Positions 25,635 to 37,661 of a stretch of 64,000 nucleotides of DNA are shown here, in pieces (position 1 is the first letter of the stretch; each line of letters starts with the position of its first letter). Both the position numbers and the translations under genes were made by a program. This stretch comes from Balanoglossus misakiensis. Lineage: Eukaryota > Animalia > Hemichordata. A model generated the notes under the pieces. That model did not search any database. It had not been told where the DNA came from and worked only from the letters and a program-made list of their open reading frames with translations. The stretch spans positions 12,649,834 to 12,713,833 of the forward strand of contig CM082579.2 in NCBI GenBank assembly GCA_040954595.2. The letters are read 5' to 3'.

Positions 25635-28408
25635 TTTTTATTTATTATAGTGGACCTGAATATAAATAGATCATGCTCATATTGTGTTAAGGAAAAAAAA
25701 ATAAGCAGATTTTTGAACCTTTGCTTGGCTTGTCATCTGCTGTGCCTGTACACTGTAGGATGGTATCCAACAATAATACACAATCAGAGCTACAATGCTA
25801 TAATGGCCCCTTCTCGTAGTATTGTTAGGAATCATCATACAAGTACAGTGCACATGAGCAGCATGCAAAGGTTCACAAATCTGCTCATCCGTTCTCCTAA
25901 ACACCATATGTGCATGATCAGTTGGGTGTATACTTACCTGTTAGATGGCCAAACCTACCCCAAAATCCGCGGGAATTGTTTGTTATTATCCCGTTTCTCT
26001 ACTAATTTTTTTTCTGATTTTAATTGAATAATAAGGTCTTCAATTGGTCTGAAAAAAATCGTGTAGAGTATTTTATCTCATAAATGACATTTGAAGACTT
26101 GGGTTTAAACAATTAATGCGGGAAATGTTCGTACCATAATTTTTCGAAATTACCCAAATCTTGTGATCTTTTGACCTCTTTGACCTAAATTCAAAATAAA
26201 ATTGCAACAAATACATATTACAATCGGTAGAGTGCTAAAAAACACACAATTTGAGAGGTAGATGACTGTTCTGGCTTTATTTTGACCGGAGTTACAACTA
26301 CTTAAGTTTCCCCTACCCCAATATCAGGGTCTGAAGTCTTGTGCCATTCTTCCGTATCTCTGTATTTGTGTTTTTCTGATCGTAATTGAATAATAGGTTT
26401 TTTTATTGGTTTGAAATAGATTCTGGGAGAGTATTTTATCTTCTAAATGACATTTAAAGACTTAAGTTCAAAAAAATCGTTCAAGAAATAGTCATACTAC
26501 AAATGTTCAGAATGACCCAAATTTCATGACCTTTTGACCTCTATTGACCTCAATTCAAAACGAATTACCACCAAAATATATTATATTGGTAGAGTTCTAA
26601 AAAACACACAATTTGAGTGGTAAATGACTGTTCTGGCTTTAGTTTTGCTGGAGTTACAGCAATTTAAAGTTCCCCTACCCCCAAAATTTGGGTCGGAAAT
26701 TTTTATGTTCTTACATTAGTTTTTGAGGGAAAAAATGCAGAAAGCTACTCGATACGCAGGGCTATCACCCCAATTCATAATCTAGAGATATAGGCCTTTC
26801 CAAAAAACCACATGAGGCTTTGTCCGTCTTTCTGATACCAAATTCCTGTCTGGCCCATGGACTAATGAGGGCACCTCGTGCTGACCTCAGGAGGGGACAC
26901 AGTTTGTGCAGGAGTTCGAGTTCGGACGCTACTACAGTCTTAGGGTTTATTCGCCAGACAGTCATCAGTAGAGACCTCTCGGTTTGGAGATGATGATTGT
27001 CACTAGCAGTGACTCTATTTTAGTATTGTGTCGAAGAATCCCCGCAGGCCGCACCGAAAATCAACTTGCGACATTCTCTTTTAGGACGCTTGTACTCTGG
27101 GCACCGTACTCCTCACGGGATCTGTTCACTACAGATCAGTACACGTCCTCTTGTGTTAATGTCGCATTTAGTCTATCAGTGCTAGCAATGAATTTGACAT
27201 TTTATTAACAGTCATAGAACAGAGCTAGGGATTGGATAACATGGGCATCCATGTGGACAGTCATGACACAGTCAATGAACCGAGCTCCGTGGAGGGCTCG
27301 CCGTAACAACACAGCCCTGCCACGCAGAGCTACATAATGGCAGGACATTTTATTATCGTTATTGTACTGAAATTGGAGTGGGAATGACATGTTATTCTCT
27401 GCCATAGAAAAGAGCTAGGGGTTAGCATTACATTTTATTATCATTTATTTTGTTGAGTTAGGGATGAGCAAGACATGCCATTACCTATTTATGGGGAGAG
27501 GCAACATAATTTTGTAACTATATCAGTCATATTCAACTACTACTTGGAGTGTGCATTACATTTATGCAACAGCTAGGTGGTGGGAATGACATTTATTATA
27601 ATTATTGGATGATGGACATTATGATTTGTTCTTAATTTTGCTCAGCTATGGATAGGCGTGACATTTTGTTGCTTGCAGTTATGACACAGAGCTATTGGTG
27701 AGCCAAACATTATATTAGCAAATAATTAACTAAGCTTTGGGTGGGAAATTTGGAATATTTTATTGGTGTCTTAGAGCAGAGCTAGTGGTGAGCGGGAGAT
27801 TTTATCAGTCATTGTACTGAGCTATAGCATTGGGCATTACCTTTTATTAGCAGTTATTGGACTAAGGTAGGGGTGGGCTGACATCTTATCATCTGCCATT
27901 TAACAGCTTTAGTGAAAATTCTATTTATTCTGTTTTAGGACTGATCTAGTTGTGGGAAGGACATTTGATCAGTTATTGTACTGTGCTAGGGGTGGTTGTG
28001 ACATTTTTTTCTGTCACTAAACAGCTTTGGTGAAAATTCTATTTGATAAGCTGTTATAGGACAGATCTTTTTGTGGGTAGGACATTTGATCAGTTCTTGT
28101 ACTGAGCTAGGGGTGGGAGAGACATTTTATCTGTCACTAAACAGCTTTGGTGAATTTTTTTTATAAGCTGTTATAGGACAGATCTAGTTATGGAAAGGAC
28201 ATTTATTTGATCAGTTATTGTACTGAGCTAGGGGTGGGAGTGACATTTTATCTGTCATTAAACAGCTTTGGTGAAAATTCTATTTAATAAGCTATCATAG
28301 GACAGATCTAGTTGTGGGAAGGACATTTGATGAGTTATTGTACTGAGCTAGGGGGTGGGAGTGACATTTTATCTGTCACTAAACAGCTTTGGTGAAAATT
28401 CTATTTAA

Positions 28409-29702
28409 GTTGGTTGGAAAGGCTATTTTTGAAGCAAATTCTCTCAATGTTTGTGAATTTATTTTTACAAGTTAGAATAAAGATAATGACTTGAAATTTG
28501 CAGCATGTTTTTTTAACAAACTAAAAAGTGAGGGAAAAATATGACTAAAAATATCTGCTAAAATTATGCAATTTGATAGGCCTAAATATAAATATTCAAA
28601 ATTTTACAAAATATTGATCGAATCTTGACATGTTTTCACAAATTATTGAATAATTTGTATTCATTTTAATATTAAGCAACCCCTCAAGCAATGTACGGGA
28701 CATTTTCAGCATAAACTTATTTTTTATAAAGTTATCACTCAGGAAAAAACAGTTTTTGTTGATATTTTGTATACAACTTGAATGTGCTGCCAAAACACCG
28801 GGAAAATTTATGCAAAAACCGCTCCGTAAAATTGTTCTTTTGGATGTCCCGAGCCTTTCCCCGAAAGTTTCATGATAAAAATATTATATGGCATACCAAT
28901 TCAAACACAAATAAAAACCATAACATTATGGCGAAGGGCAGAAAAGTAGCGAAATACGCAAAGTTTAGCGGCAGTTCACGGCAAAGGATCGCATTTATCT
29001 GGGTCAAACTCCTTTCCGCTGGCCTTTGGGGTTCCCTAGAAGTGTAAAAATGTCCATAATTTGGCAGCCTTTAATGTACTAGCAAGGCTATCTATCGCTG
29101 AATATTGCAAGAATCAGTGTTTGCAAGTTACATTTAAATGCCCTTGGCTAGGGAAACCCGTCCTTGTGCGCATGCGTAGCATCTTGTTGAGTATATGCGT
29201 TTGCCTGTTTGGTGAGCGTTACACGAGCGGGTAAAAATTGAAGCGAAAGCTTCAATTTTTAAGTCTGAAAGTGGACTTGCAGCAAAACGTGTCAAACGTA
29301 CAAGCAGCCAGGGCCAAGAGAGACTACTAGTCCGAGCAGGACAGGGGAAGAATCTGAACATGGACCGGTCGAACACGGCAGTCAATCATATGCACATAAC
29401 GCAGTCAATCCATTGCCAAGCAAAGTCGAGCTCACTCCGTTAGCGAACAAAGATGTTCTATCGAGTGGCAGTGGAAAATTTACAGATTTTCAAACAACCT
29501 CGATTATATGCCGTCGATAATAAGACTCCCTAGCTTCCTTGCCAGGTGTATGAAATTAGCTATCATAAAACCAGCCATGTCTTTTTACACGTTTATTGCC
29601 CAGAATTTTTCATTGTTTTAATTTTTCTCAAATACATTTTTAGATATAAATTCAGTGGTTTTAAATGAAATTTTAACTGAAGCCCTAGCCTTTCCAACCA
29701 CC
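28409..29702. mobile_element. Non-autonomous Kolobok-type element, TTAA TSD, inserted in the satellite
   Basis: ttaa|gttggttggaaaggcta ... tagcctttccaaccacc|ttaa; the satellite phase resumes exactly afterwards. Confidence 0.85.
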
Positions 29703-31387
29703 TTAATAAGCTATCATAGGACAGATCTAGTTGAGGGAAGGACATTTGATCAGTTATTGTACTGAGCTATGGGTGGGAGTGACATTTTATATGTCACTAA
29801 ACAGCTTTGATGAAAATTCTATTTGATAATCTGTTATATGACTGATCTAGTTGTGGGAAGGACATTTGATCAGTTGTTGTACTGAGCTAGGGGTGGGAGT
29901 GACATTTTATCTTTTGCTAAACAGCTTTGGTGAAAATACTCTTTTATAAGCTATCGTAGGACAGATCTAGTTGTGGGAAGGACATATGATCAGTTATTGT
30001 ACTGACCTAGAGGTGGGAGTGACATGTTATCTGTCACTAAACAGCTTTGATGAAAATTCTATTTGATAATCTGTTGTAGGACAGATCTAGTTGTGGGAAG
30101 GACTTTTGATCAGTTGTTGTACTGAGCTATGGGTGGGAGTGACATTTTATCTGTCACTCAACAGCTGTGGTGAAAATTCTATTTTATACGCTATCATAGA
30201 ACAGATCTAGTTGTGGGAAGGACATATGATCAGTTATTGTACTGAGCTAGGGGTGGGAGTGACATGTTATCTGTCACTAAACAGCTTTTGTGAAAATTCT
30301 ATTTAATAAGGTATCATGATAGATCTAGTTGTAGGAAGGACATTTGATTAGTTATTGTACTGAGCTAGGGATTGGAGTGACATTTTATCTTTTGCTAAAC
30401 AGCTTTGGTGAAAATTCTATTTAATAAGCTATCGTAGGACAGATCTAGTTGTGGGAAGGACATTTGATCAGTTATTGTTCTGAGCTAGGGATTGGAGTGA
30501 CATTTTATCTGTCACTAAACAGCTTTGGTGAAAATTCTATTTAATAAGCTATCGTAGGACAGATCTAGTTGTTGGAAGGACATTTGATAGCTATTGTACT
30601 GAGCTAGGGGTGGGAGTGACATTTTATCTGTCACTAAACAGCTTTGGTGAAAATTCTATTTAATAAGCTATCATATGATAGATGTAGTTGTGGGAAGGAC
30701 ATTTGATTAGTTATTGTTCTGAGCTAAGGATGGGAGTGACATTTATCTTTTGCTAAACAGCTTTGGTGAAAATTCTCTTTTATAAGCTGTTATAGGACAG
30801 ATCTAGTTGTGGGAAGGACATTTGATCAGTTATTGTTCTGAGCTAGGGATTGGAGTGACATTTTATCTGTCACAAAACAGCTTTGGTGAAAATTCTATTT
30901 AATAAGCTATCATATGATAGATCTAGTTGTGGGAAGGACATTTCATAGCTATTGTACTGAGCTAGGAGTGGGAGTGACATTTTATCTGTCACTAAACAGC
31001 TTTGGTGAAAATTCTATTTAATAAGCTATCATAGGACAGATCTAGTTGTGGGAAGGACATACATGTATGATCAGTTATTGTACTGAGCTAGAGGTGGGAG
31101 TGACATGTTATCTGTCACTAAACAGCCTTGGTGAAAATTCTATTTAATAAGGTAACATAGGACAGATCTAGTTGTGGGAAGGACATATGATCAGTTATTG
31201 TACTGAGCTAGGGGTGGGAGTGACATTTTATCTGTCACTAAACAGCTTTGGTGAAAATTCTATTTGATAATCTGTTACAGGACTGATCTAGTTGTGGGAA
31301 GGACATTTGATCAGTTGTTGTACTGAGATAGGGGTGGGAGTGACATTTTATCTATCACTCAACAGCTTTGGTGAAAATTCTATTTAA

Positions 31388-31668
31388 GGTGGCATTGCAT
31401 GAAACCGTCAAGACTTTTTCAGAGGCCTATTTCTCATCAAAGACAACATTAAAGCCCCCATAAACCATATATATTCTGGAAGCTGAGTTTTTGAACTTTT
31501 GTTTCAGTTGCAAATATTATTGATCCCCGGTAATAGTGGTGATTTTGGGTGAAAAAAAAAACATTTTTTGATATTATGTCATTAAATTTAAATTAGGTAA
31601 AAAAGTTTACCTTGCATCTTAATAGGTCATTCAAAACTAGAGTACATGTGCAAAAAAAAAAAGGTAAT
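31388..31668. mobile_element. Truncated TTAA-targeting element in the satellite
   Basis: ctatttaa|ggtggcattgc..., at the same monomer position as the 28409 insertion; right end missing. Confidence 0.55.
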
Positions 31669-34600
31669 TTTGTGGGAAGGACATTGATCAGTTATTGTAC
31701 TGAGCTAGAGGTGGGAGTGACATGTTATCTGTCACTAAACAGCTTTGGTGAAAATTCTATTTAATAAGCTATCATAGGACAGATCTAGTTGTGGGAAGGA
31801 CATTTGATCAGTTATTGTACTAAGCTAGGGGTGGGAGTGACATTTTTTCTGTCACTAAACAGCTTTGGTGAAAATTCTTTGTTGATAAGTTGTTATTGGA
31901 CATATCTTTTTGTGGGAAGGATATTTAATCAGTTATTGTACTGAGCTAGGGGTGGGGGTGACATGTTATCTGTCACTAAATAGCTTTGGTGAAAATTCTA
32001 TTTAATAAGCTATCATAGGACAGATCTAGTTGTGGGAAGGACATTTGATCAGTTATTGTACTAAGCTAGGGGTGGGAGTGACATTTTTTCTGTCACTAAA
32101 CAGCTTTGGTCAATTTCTATTCCAAAAAGCAGACAAAACATGGCTTAGGATACTAGAATGATTCGAGATAGTCTACCTAAAAGAATATCATGATTTGTAA
32201 AGTTTAATGTTTGTACAACCATGGACGTACCACTTTGGTAAGTCCACAGTACAACTATGTATTCGCGTTTCAAAATATTATCTGGCCAGTGTATTATGGC
32301 ACTTGTCTGCTTTGGGTTTGGTTGTATGCCCGTGTCCTGATGTGAATAGTGAAGTTGTCTACTGACAAAAATAACACAGCCACACATTTGGAATCCAATG
32401 AACCATTGCGATATCATCGAGCACCAACTTTTACATATGTGTCCATTTACAGGATTCGTGTGAAGCATAGAGTGCATGCTGTCCATTGGAAAAGCATTTG
32501 TGATACATCAAGGGCTTTCAGTTGTAATTTTGCCGTGAGAGTGTTATGGTATACTGTGGAGTTTAATTTCAAGTTGCTTAGTCAGATATATTGATGTTAC
32601 CTGATGTGTGTAGAGTACTATTTCGAATCAAATATTATGTTTGTTAATTTTAAAGGCTTTGTTCAGAAACCCATTTTGTAAATCACATGGTTCAGTTGGA
32701 TTGGCCGACTCTAGCAGTCAAGGTACAGTGAGTCTTTGTGAATTAAGTCTCTGCCTCAATGAGCATAGCTTGGCCAACCATCTTGGGGTCGTACTGGTGT
32801 GGTCCCTGTACTCTTATGTAACCATGGACACTCACTGTCATTGAAGAGGCCATTTTGTAACATTGTGCTGTCAGTAAGACCCATGATTTACTCTTGCAGA
32901 CACTCCAACCATAGACCCTGGAGTGTGGCATGTGGACAGTTGCCAGCAAGTCTAGTATCTAGCCGTATTTTGTCTGCTTTGCTTCCAAAACTAGCAGTGA
33001 GCACAATTGGTCCTCTCAACCAAAATTGCAATCTTGATACTCAAAGATTCTCTTGTGATGTTAACAAACCTTTCTGTACTACACAAAGTTTCTGAACTGA
33101 TGTTAAGTAAATTGGTAAAACTCGATACAGAATTTCTTCTTTTATTACTAGACTTGTAGAGTACAGGGTCACATTTTATGTTACGTTTATACTGTTCTAC
33201 AATGTTCGCATTTGGAATGATTACTTTTTTGCCATTACGGCAGACTGCATGTCTGTGAGCCTCTCCATGTTGAATTCTTCAGACAGTTACGGCATTCATC
33301 TGAAGTAAGGCATTCATACAGCTGTCAAATAAATATTTTGTAGCAGACTGTCTTGTGACTGGCACGTACATAGAAGTGTACATGTAGTGGCCAATGTGCC
33401 CTCTAACAAAACTAATTTTTGAAAGTTTCGAGTCAATTTGAGGATTTCTAAAAGTTTCTCTAAGTCGGCTCTATACTTTTGCATGTAGTGTGGATATTCT
33501 TGAGTCACACGTGAGTTTGTTGAGTCAGTGGCGCGTCATGGACTTAGAGTGCACACTGGTAGGTTGGCAATTTTCAGTACTGTTTTGATGCAATGGCCAG
33601 TTGACATTTCTCGGTGTTTCAATTGGTTGATGTTCGCACAGCCATTGTCGTTGAGTCAGTGATGTCAGTGGTTTTTATGAAAATATTTAATCTTTGCCAT
33701 AGTTATATTAAGTCACTTTTTGAAACATTTATGGTATATAACATTTTGGGACAGCAGTGAGTAATTATTATATAAACTGTGTTGTCAGTTTGTTGCTTTT
33801 TGAACTCAGTGACATTTTGCACTTTGTCTGCTCTGGATGCATACGGATAAATTATCACTGCAATGACAGAGTTTCAAGACCTTTGTGGTCCCCGGATCAA
33901 ACTTGTTAAATATCGATATTCCACAGACTGTTGTGACACAAAGAGGAGGAGAGCTCGAGGTAATAAGGTGAAGCAATCTGAATAAAATTCTGTAAAGGAA
34001 TTAACCAGACCAAGCAAGTGAACAACCTTGACTACATGTATATAGTACACTTTTCTTGTCACTCACCATATCCATAAATAATTAATAATAACCAGAGCTT
34101 CAACCTTTATTTCTAGATTCAATAACAGTCCTTGCTGTTGAGGTCACCTCCATTTCATTTGCCACATCATGGTGTCATTTTTAGACCACCAAAATTCAAT
34201 GTTTATTTAATACTTTGGCAAAGGTTTGACATACATGTACATGTATGTATAACAAGATGTACAGGTACATGCAAGATTTCGGCGCACAGTTGGCTGGGTT
34301 ACATCCTGATGTGTGTGTGTATGACTGTCTGGTATCTGCCCAACTGAATAAGCAGTTTGAACTGTGTACTTGGTGGAGACTGGTGGTATTTTTATTTTTC
34401 AACAGTAACAGAGCATTCTTAGTTCACAGCTGCAAAAGTGGACAGTTCAGCAAAGGACTAAAATCGATCAATCGAGTCCTGACATCATACATGTAGTTTG
34501 CCTTGAAACCTTTCTCCACCATGGTTTGGTCCAGCTCTATTGTTTTCTATGTTAAAGTTGGACTTCTACACTGGGAAATAGGGGTGAAAGGGTTAAAGGC

Positions 34601-35112
34601 AGTTATGACTCCACCAGTCATTTGTACTGGTACATGCTTTCAAACATGTGTACATTGTCTGTAATGGCGTACATATGACCAGTTTCACATGGCAACGCTT
34701 ATTGAACCGGAAAATTCATGAAAATTGATGGGAATACTATAACGTACAGCATCATACATGTCAACCAGTAAATGTTTGCTCTTATGTTGTGGAGATACCC
34801 ATGGATGAGAATTCACTCTGAATGGGCCTAAATTGAGAGGTTTATATATTAAATAATCAAATCATCAATCATACATGCAGAATTACCTGATAATTGAAAT
34901 TAATGAGCTGTTTAATATGTGTTTGGTTTGAGCTGACTGTGCTTAGTTAATACCTTGTTACAGATTTATCTAGTGTCCATCAATATGGTTAATTTTTTTT
35001 TCTGCAAATAATTCCAATAAAAGATGTCTTAAATCCCTCTCGTACTCCTGACATATTCCAGACATGGTTGTTTTAATCACAGTCCCTCTGTATTGATAAC
35101 TAAAGATACTGC

Positions 35113-35600
35113 TTATGGGATAGTTTGCCTCTGTATGTCCATCCACAACAAAAACTTGAAAACTGTGAGCGTATGACCTCGATATTTGGTGTGAAGATGC
35201 AGGCTGGGCTGTAGATGGGAGTTTGTTCAAAAATATGCAAATTAGCCAGGAGAAACCTAAATTTTTGGTCGAAACTCAACAACCCCTGGCCATATTGATT
35301 TGGAAATTAGTATGCGTGTACCTCACACAATTCTGTATGTTTTGAGCTAATAGTGTGAATTTTCTATTTTTTATGCACTTTTTTGTCTTTTGCCTCATTC
35401 TTGCTAAAAACCTACTTTTCTGGAATTGATCAGCCCACTTCTTTGAAATTAAGTATAGAGCTATATATAGGTGATCTGAGTACCAAAGTTTTGTTTAAAT
35501 TGCTGCAAAATTTGCATATTTATAATTTAAGAGCAATTTTTGCCTTTTTGATCATTTTTTTTTCTCTGTAAAACCGCTTGTCATATTGCTTTGAAATTCG
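35113..35600 (+). repeat. Diverged second copy of the HINE-like repeat at 11723
   Basis: Shared aaaaacttgaaaac..gcgtat.acctc.atatttggtgtg and gcaggctgggctgtagatgggagtttgt. Confidence 0.65.
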
Positions 35601-37499
35601 GTAGGCATGTTCCTTGGGATACCCCAATTAAAATTTGCATGTGTGTTTGTCAAATCACCTTGAAGAATTGAATAGTATATTTTTGGCATGATTTTTGCCA
35701 TTTTCGGTCAAACAAAACTCTTTCGCTGAACCCTCTACCCCATTGCTTTGAAATTCAATTTGAACGTTTCTGGGAGAATTATCATGATGATTTACAAAAT
35801 CTAGGATGAAACTGTCAATGTTTTGTGTGGGCAATATATTTTATTTTGGGGGCATATTTTCGAATTACGGTAAAAAACTATTTCTCAGAAAGTGTATGGC
35901 CGATTACTTTAACATTTGAGTTGTAAGTTAATGGGATTGACTTCTTTAGAATTATAATGGAATCAAATCATAGGTAATTCGGAACTTATATATTTTGTAG
36001 GATAATTTGTCATACCACAAAAAATGTCATCTCAAGAAGAGCAATTACTTGTACATTCTTTGTAATAAAAGAGGCACCCTACTGACATTTGTAAACACAG
36101 CAAATTCCTGCATGGTTACACAACTGGCCACATTTTTTTAAAGAGACCAGCTTTTCTATTTGGTGTATGTACAGTACACATTCCATTCCACTATCTGGAT
36201 CTGAGTCCTCTGATAACCCTAAAGCACTTGACACTTCTGTAACTTCATGTTGTATGGAAACACTTTCCTCCTCGGTCTCAACCTTAATATCAACCTGCTC
36301 TAAAGCATCAGCATATATGGCCCCACCTGCGTCACTGTCTACACGTGATGGTACATGCACCTGTACTTTTGTGCGGTATGTTGTACTTTTGGCCTGTTCC
36401 AACTGTTCTACAGCTAGAGATATTATATGTTCTTGGTAAAGTTTACAGAGAAAAAGAGAAATTACTAGTAGGTGCAACTAAAACAATTACATAATATAGT
36501 GACACGCAAAATTTTATTACTTACACTGTCATTAGAAAACTTATCCTGAAAAACAATTGAACAGAATAATATCAATCTCCACTGATTGTAACAATCAGCT
36601 TGTGCATATAAACTTAGTATATATGCTGACGTCACCCAGTGGTTCAGGCTGTGGCGTAAATGTGCACACTGCTATTTATCGAGTGAAATAAAATATATTA
36701 ATTAAATTATTGGTAGATACAAACAATATACTTCTTTACAAGTCTACATGTACATGCAAAATAAAATTTAGGTTAATAATACCACAAAATCAACGTCTAT
36801 CTCTGGGCCTTGCGCGTTGCATGATGTGCAGTGATCGTCAACCAAAACAATGATACCCGATGTTGAAGTTCATTACTTATTTAGTTAAAAAAAAATCAGA
36901 GAAACCCTTGTCAAAACTTTTCCAAAAGGGACCATGACTTCCAAACTCAACTCAAAGCTTACCTTTTCACAGGAACTCATCAATTCTCTGCCATTTAGGC
37001 GGACGCCCACTTCCCTGAAGCGGGCGTGTCCGCCTTGAGGACGTCATAACGGAATCTGTTTGAAAGTGTGACTCATGACCCTGACATCATAATTATAATT
37101 AATTAGTATGTCGCGGAAGTGATATATCATCACGCCAATGCATCGTGCATTCCGTTCATCGGTATTTTCGATGGAGGTGACCTGGTGATGCGACGCAACG
37201 CTAGATATTTGGCCATGTTCGATCAGCAGTGACCATTTGCTCTACAAAATTGTTGATTTTAAATAGAAAACATTCGAATTGAACCCATTTTCACTCGAGC
37301 GATTGATAAATATCTGCTTACAATGGGCGTGAAAGAGTATAAAAATAATTAAAGCTGCAAGCAGCATTGTCCGGGCCCAAGCTCTATTATCTGATCTGAT
37401 TATTAGATATGCACATAATTAATGAGTAGAGACATAATGCTGTGTTTTATCCCATTAAATATCAAGGTTATATCTATGTTTGGTGCTGATATAGTGTTA

Positions 37500-37661
37500 A
37501 GTAGGTCAAAGGTCACCCATGAATGTCTGTTTCTGGCCACTAGAGGCCGCTGTCATTTTGGATCCATATCAGAAAATGGTCGCCATGGATCAATGCATAA
37601 GTGTACCAAGTTTCATGCTTCTAACCCAAAGTGCACGATTTTTTGGTTAACTGCCCCACTA
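37500..37661. repeat. Terminal fragment of the TAGTG/CACTA element family at 55613-57255
   Basis: Ends ggttaactgccccacta, as at 57255; shares caatgcataagtgtaccaagtttcatg. Confidence 0.65.

Larger units (their letters stand above)
22498..26864. mobile_element. Fold-back Academ derivative: two 5' halves in inverted orientation, 3-bp TSD ATG
   Basis: atg|tagtccatgggcc ... ggcccatggacta|atg. Arms 22498-~24678 and ~24680-26864 each carry the start of the same transposase ORF. The left arm has one extra ~360-bp subterminal unit. Confidence 0.9.
27200..32110 (+). repeat. Satellite array: degenerate ~42-bp units grading into a homogeneous 120-bp (3 x 40 bp) repeat, about 22 copies
   Basis: Consensus acagatctagttgtgggaaggacatttgatcagttattgt / actgagctaggggtgggagtgacattttatctgtcactaa / acagctttggtgaaaattctatttaataagctatcatagg; blocks ~27930-28408, 29703-31387 and ~31670-32110. 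Confidence 0.95.

Noticed and set aside
22498-26864. Assembly artefact (chimeric fold-back read)
   Set aside because: The arms differ by substitutions, a 36-bp deletion and one ~360-bp unit, and a TSD flanks the whole; an artefact would give identical arms. Read-level confirmation is still advisable.
27900-32110. Possible CRISPR array
   Set aside because: Units are contiguous tandem repeats without unique spacers; eukaryotic context and no cas genes.
32150-34000. Possible very old EnSpm-like coding relic
   Set aside because: Only faint motif hints, not in a convincing order; cannot be supported by eye.
34506-34596. Tiny piggyBac-like MITE (aaacctttctccacc...ggggtgaaagggttaa)
   Set aside because: The inverted match is short and imperfect and the left TTAA is absent.
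36079-36900. Possible THAP/Kolobok gene fragment (acidic and Cys-containing ORF 36079-36477)
   Set aside because: No diagnostic motif or element ends identified.
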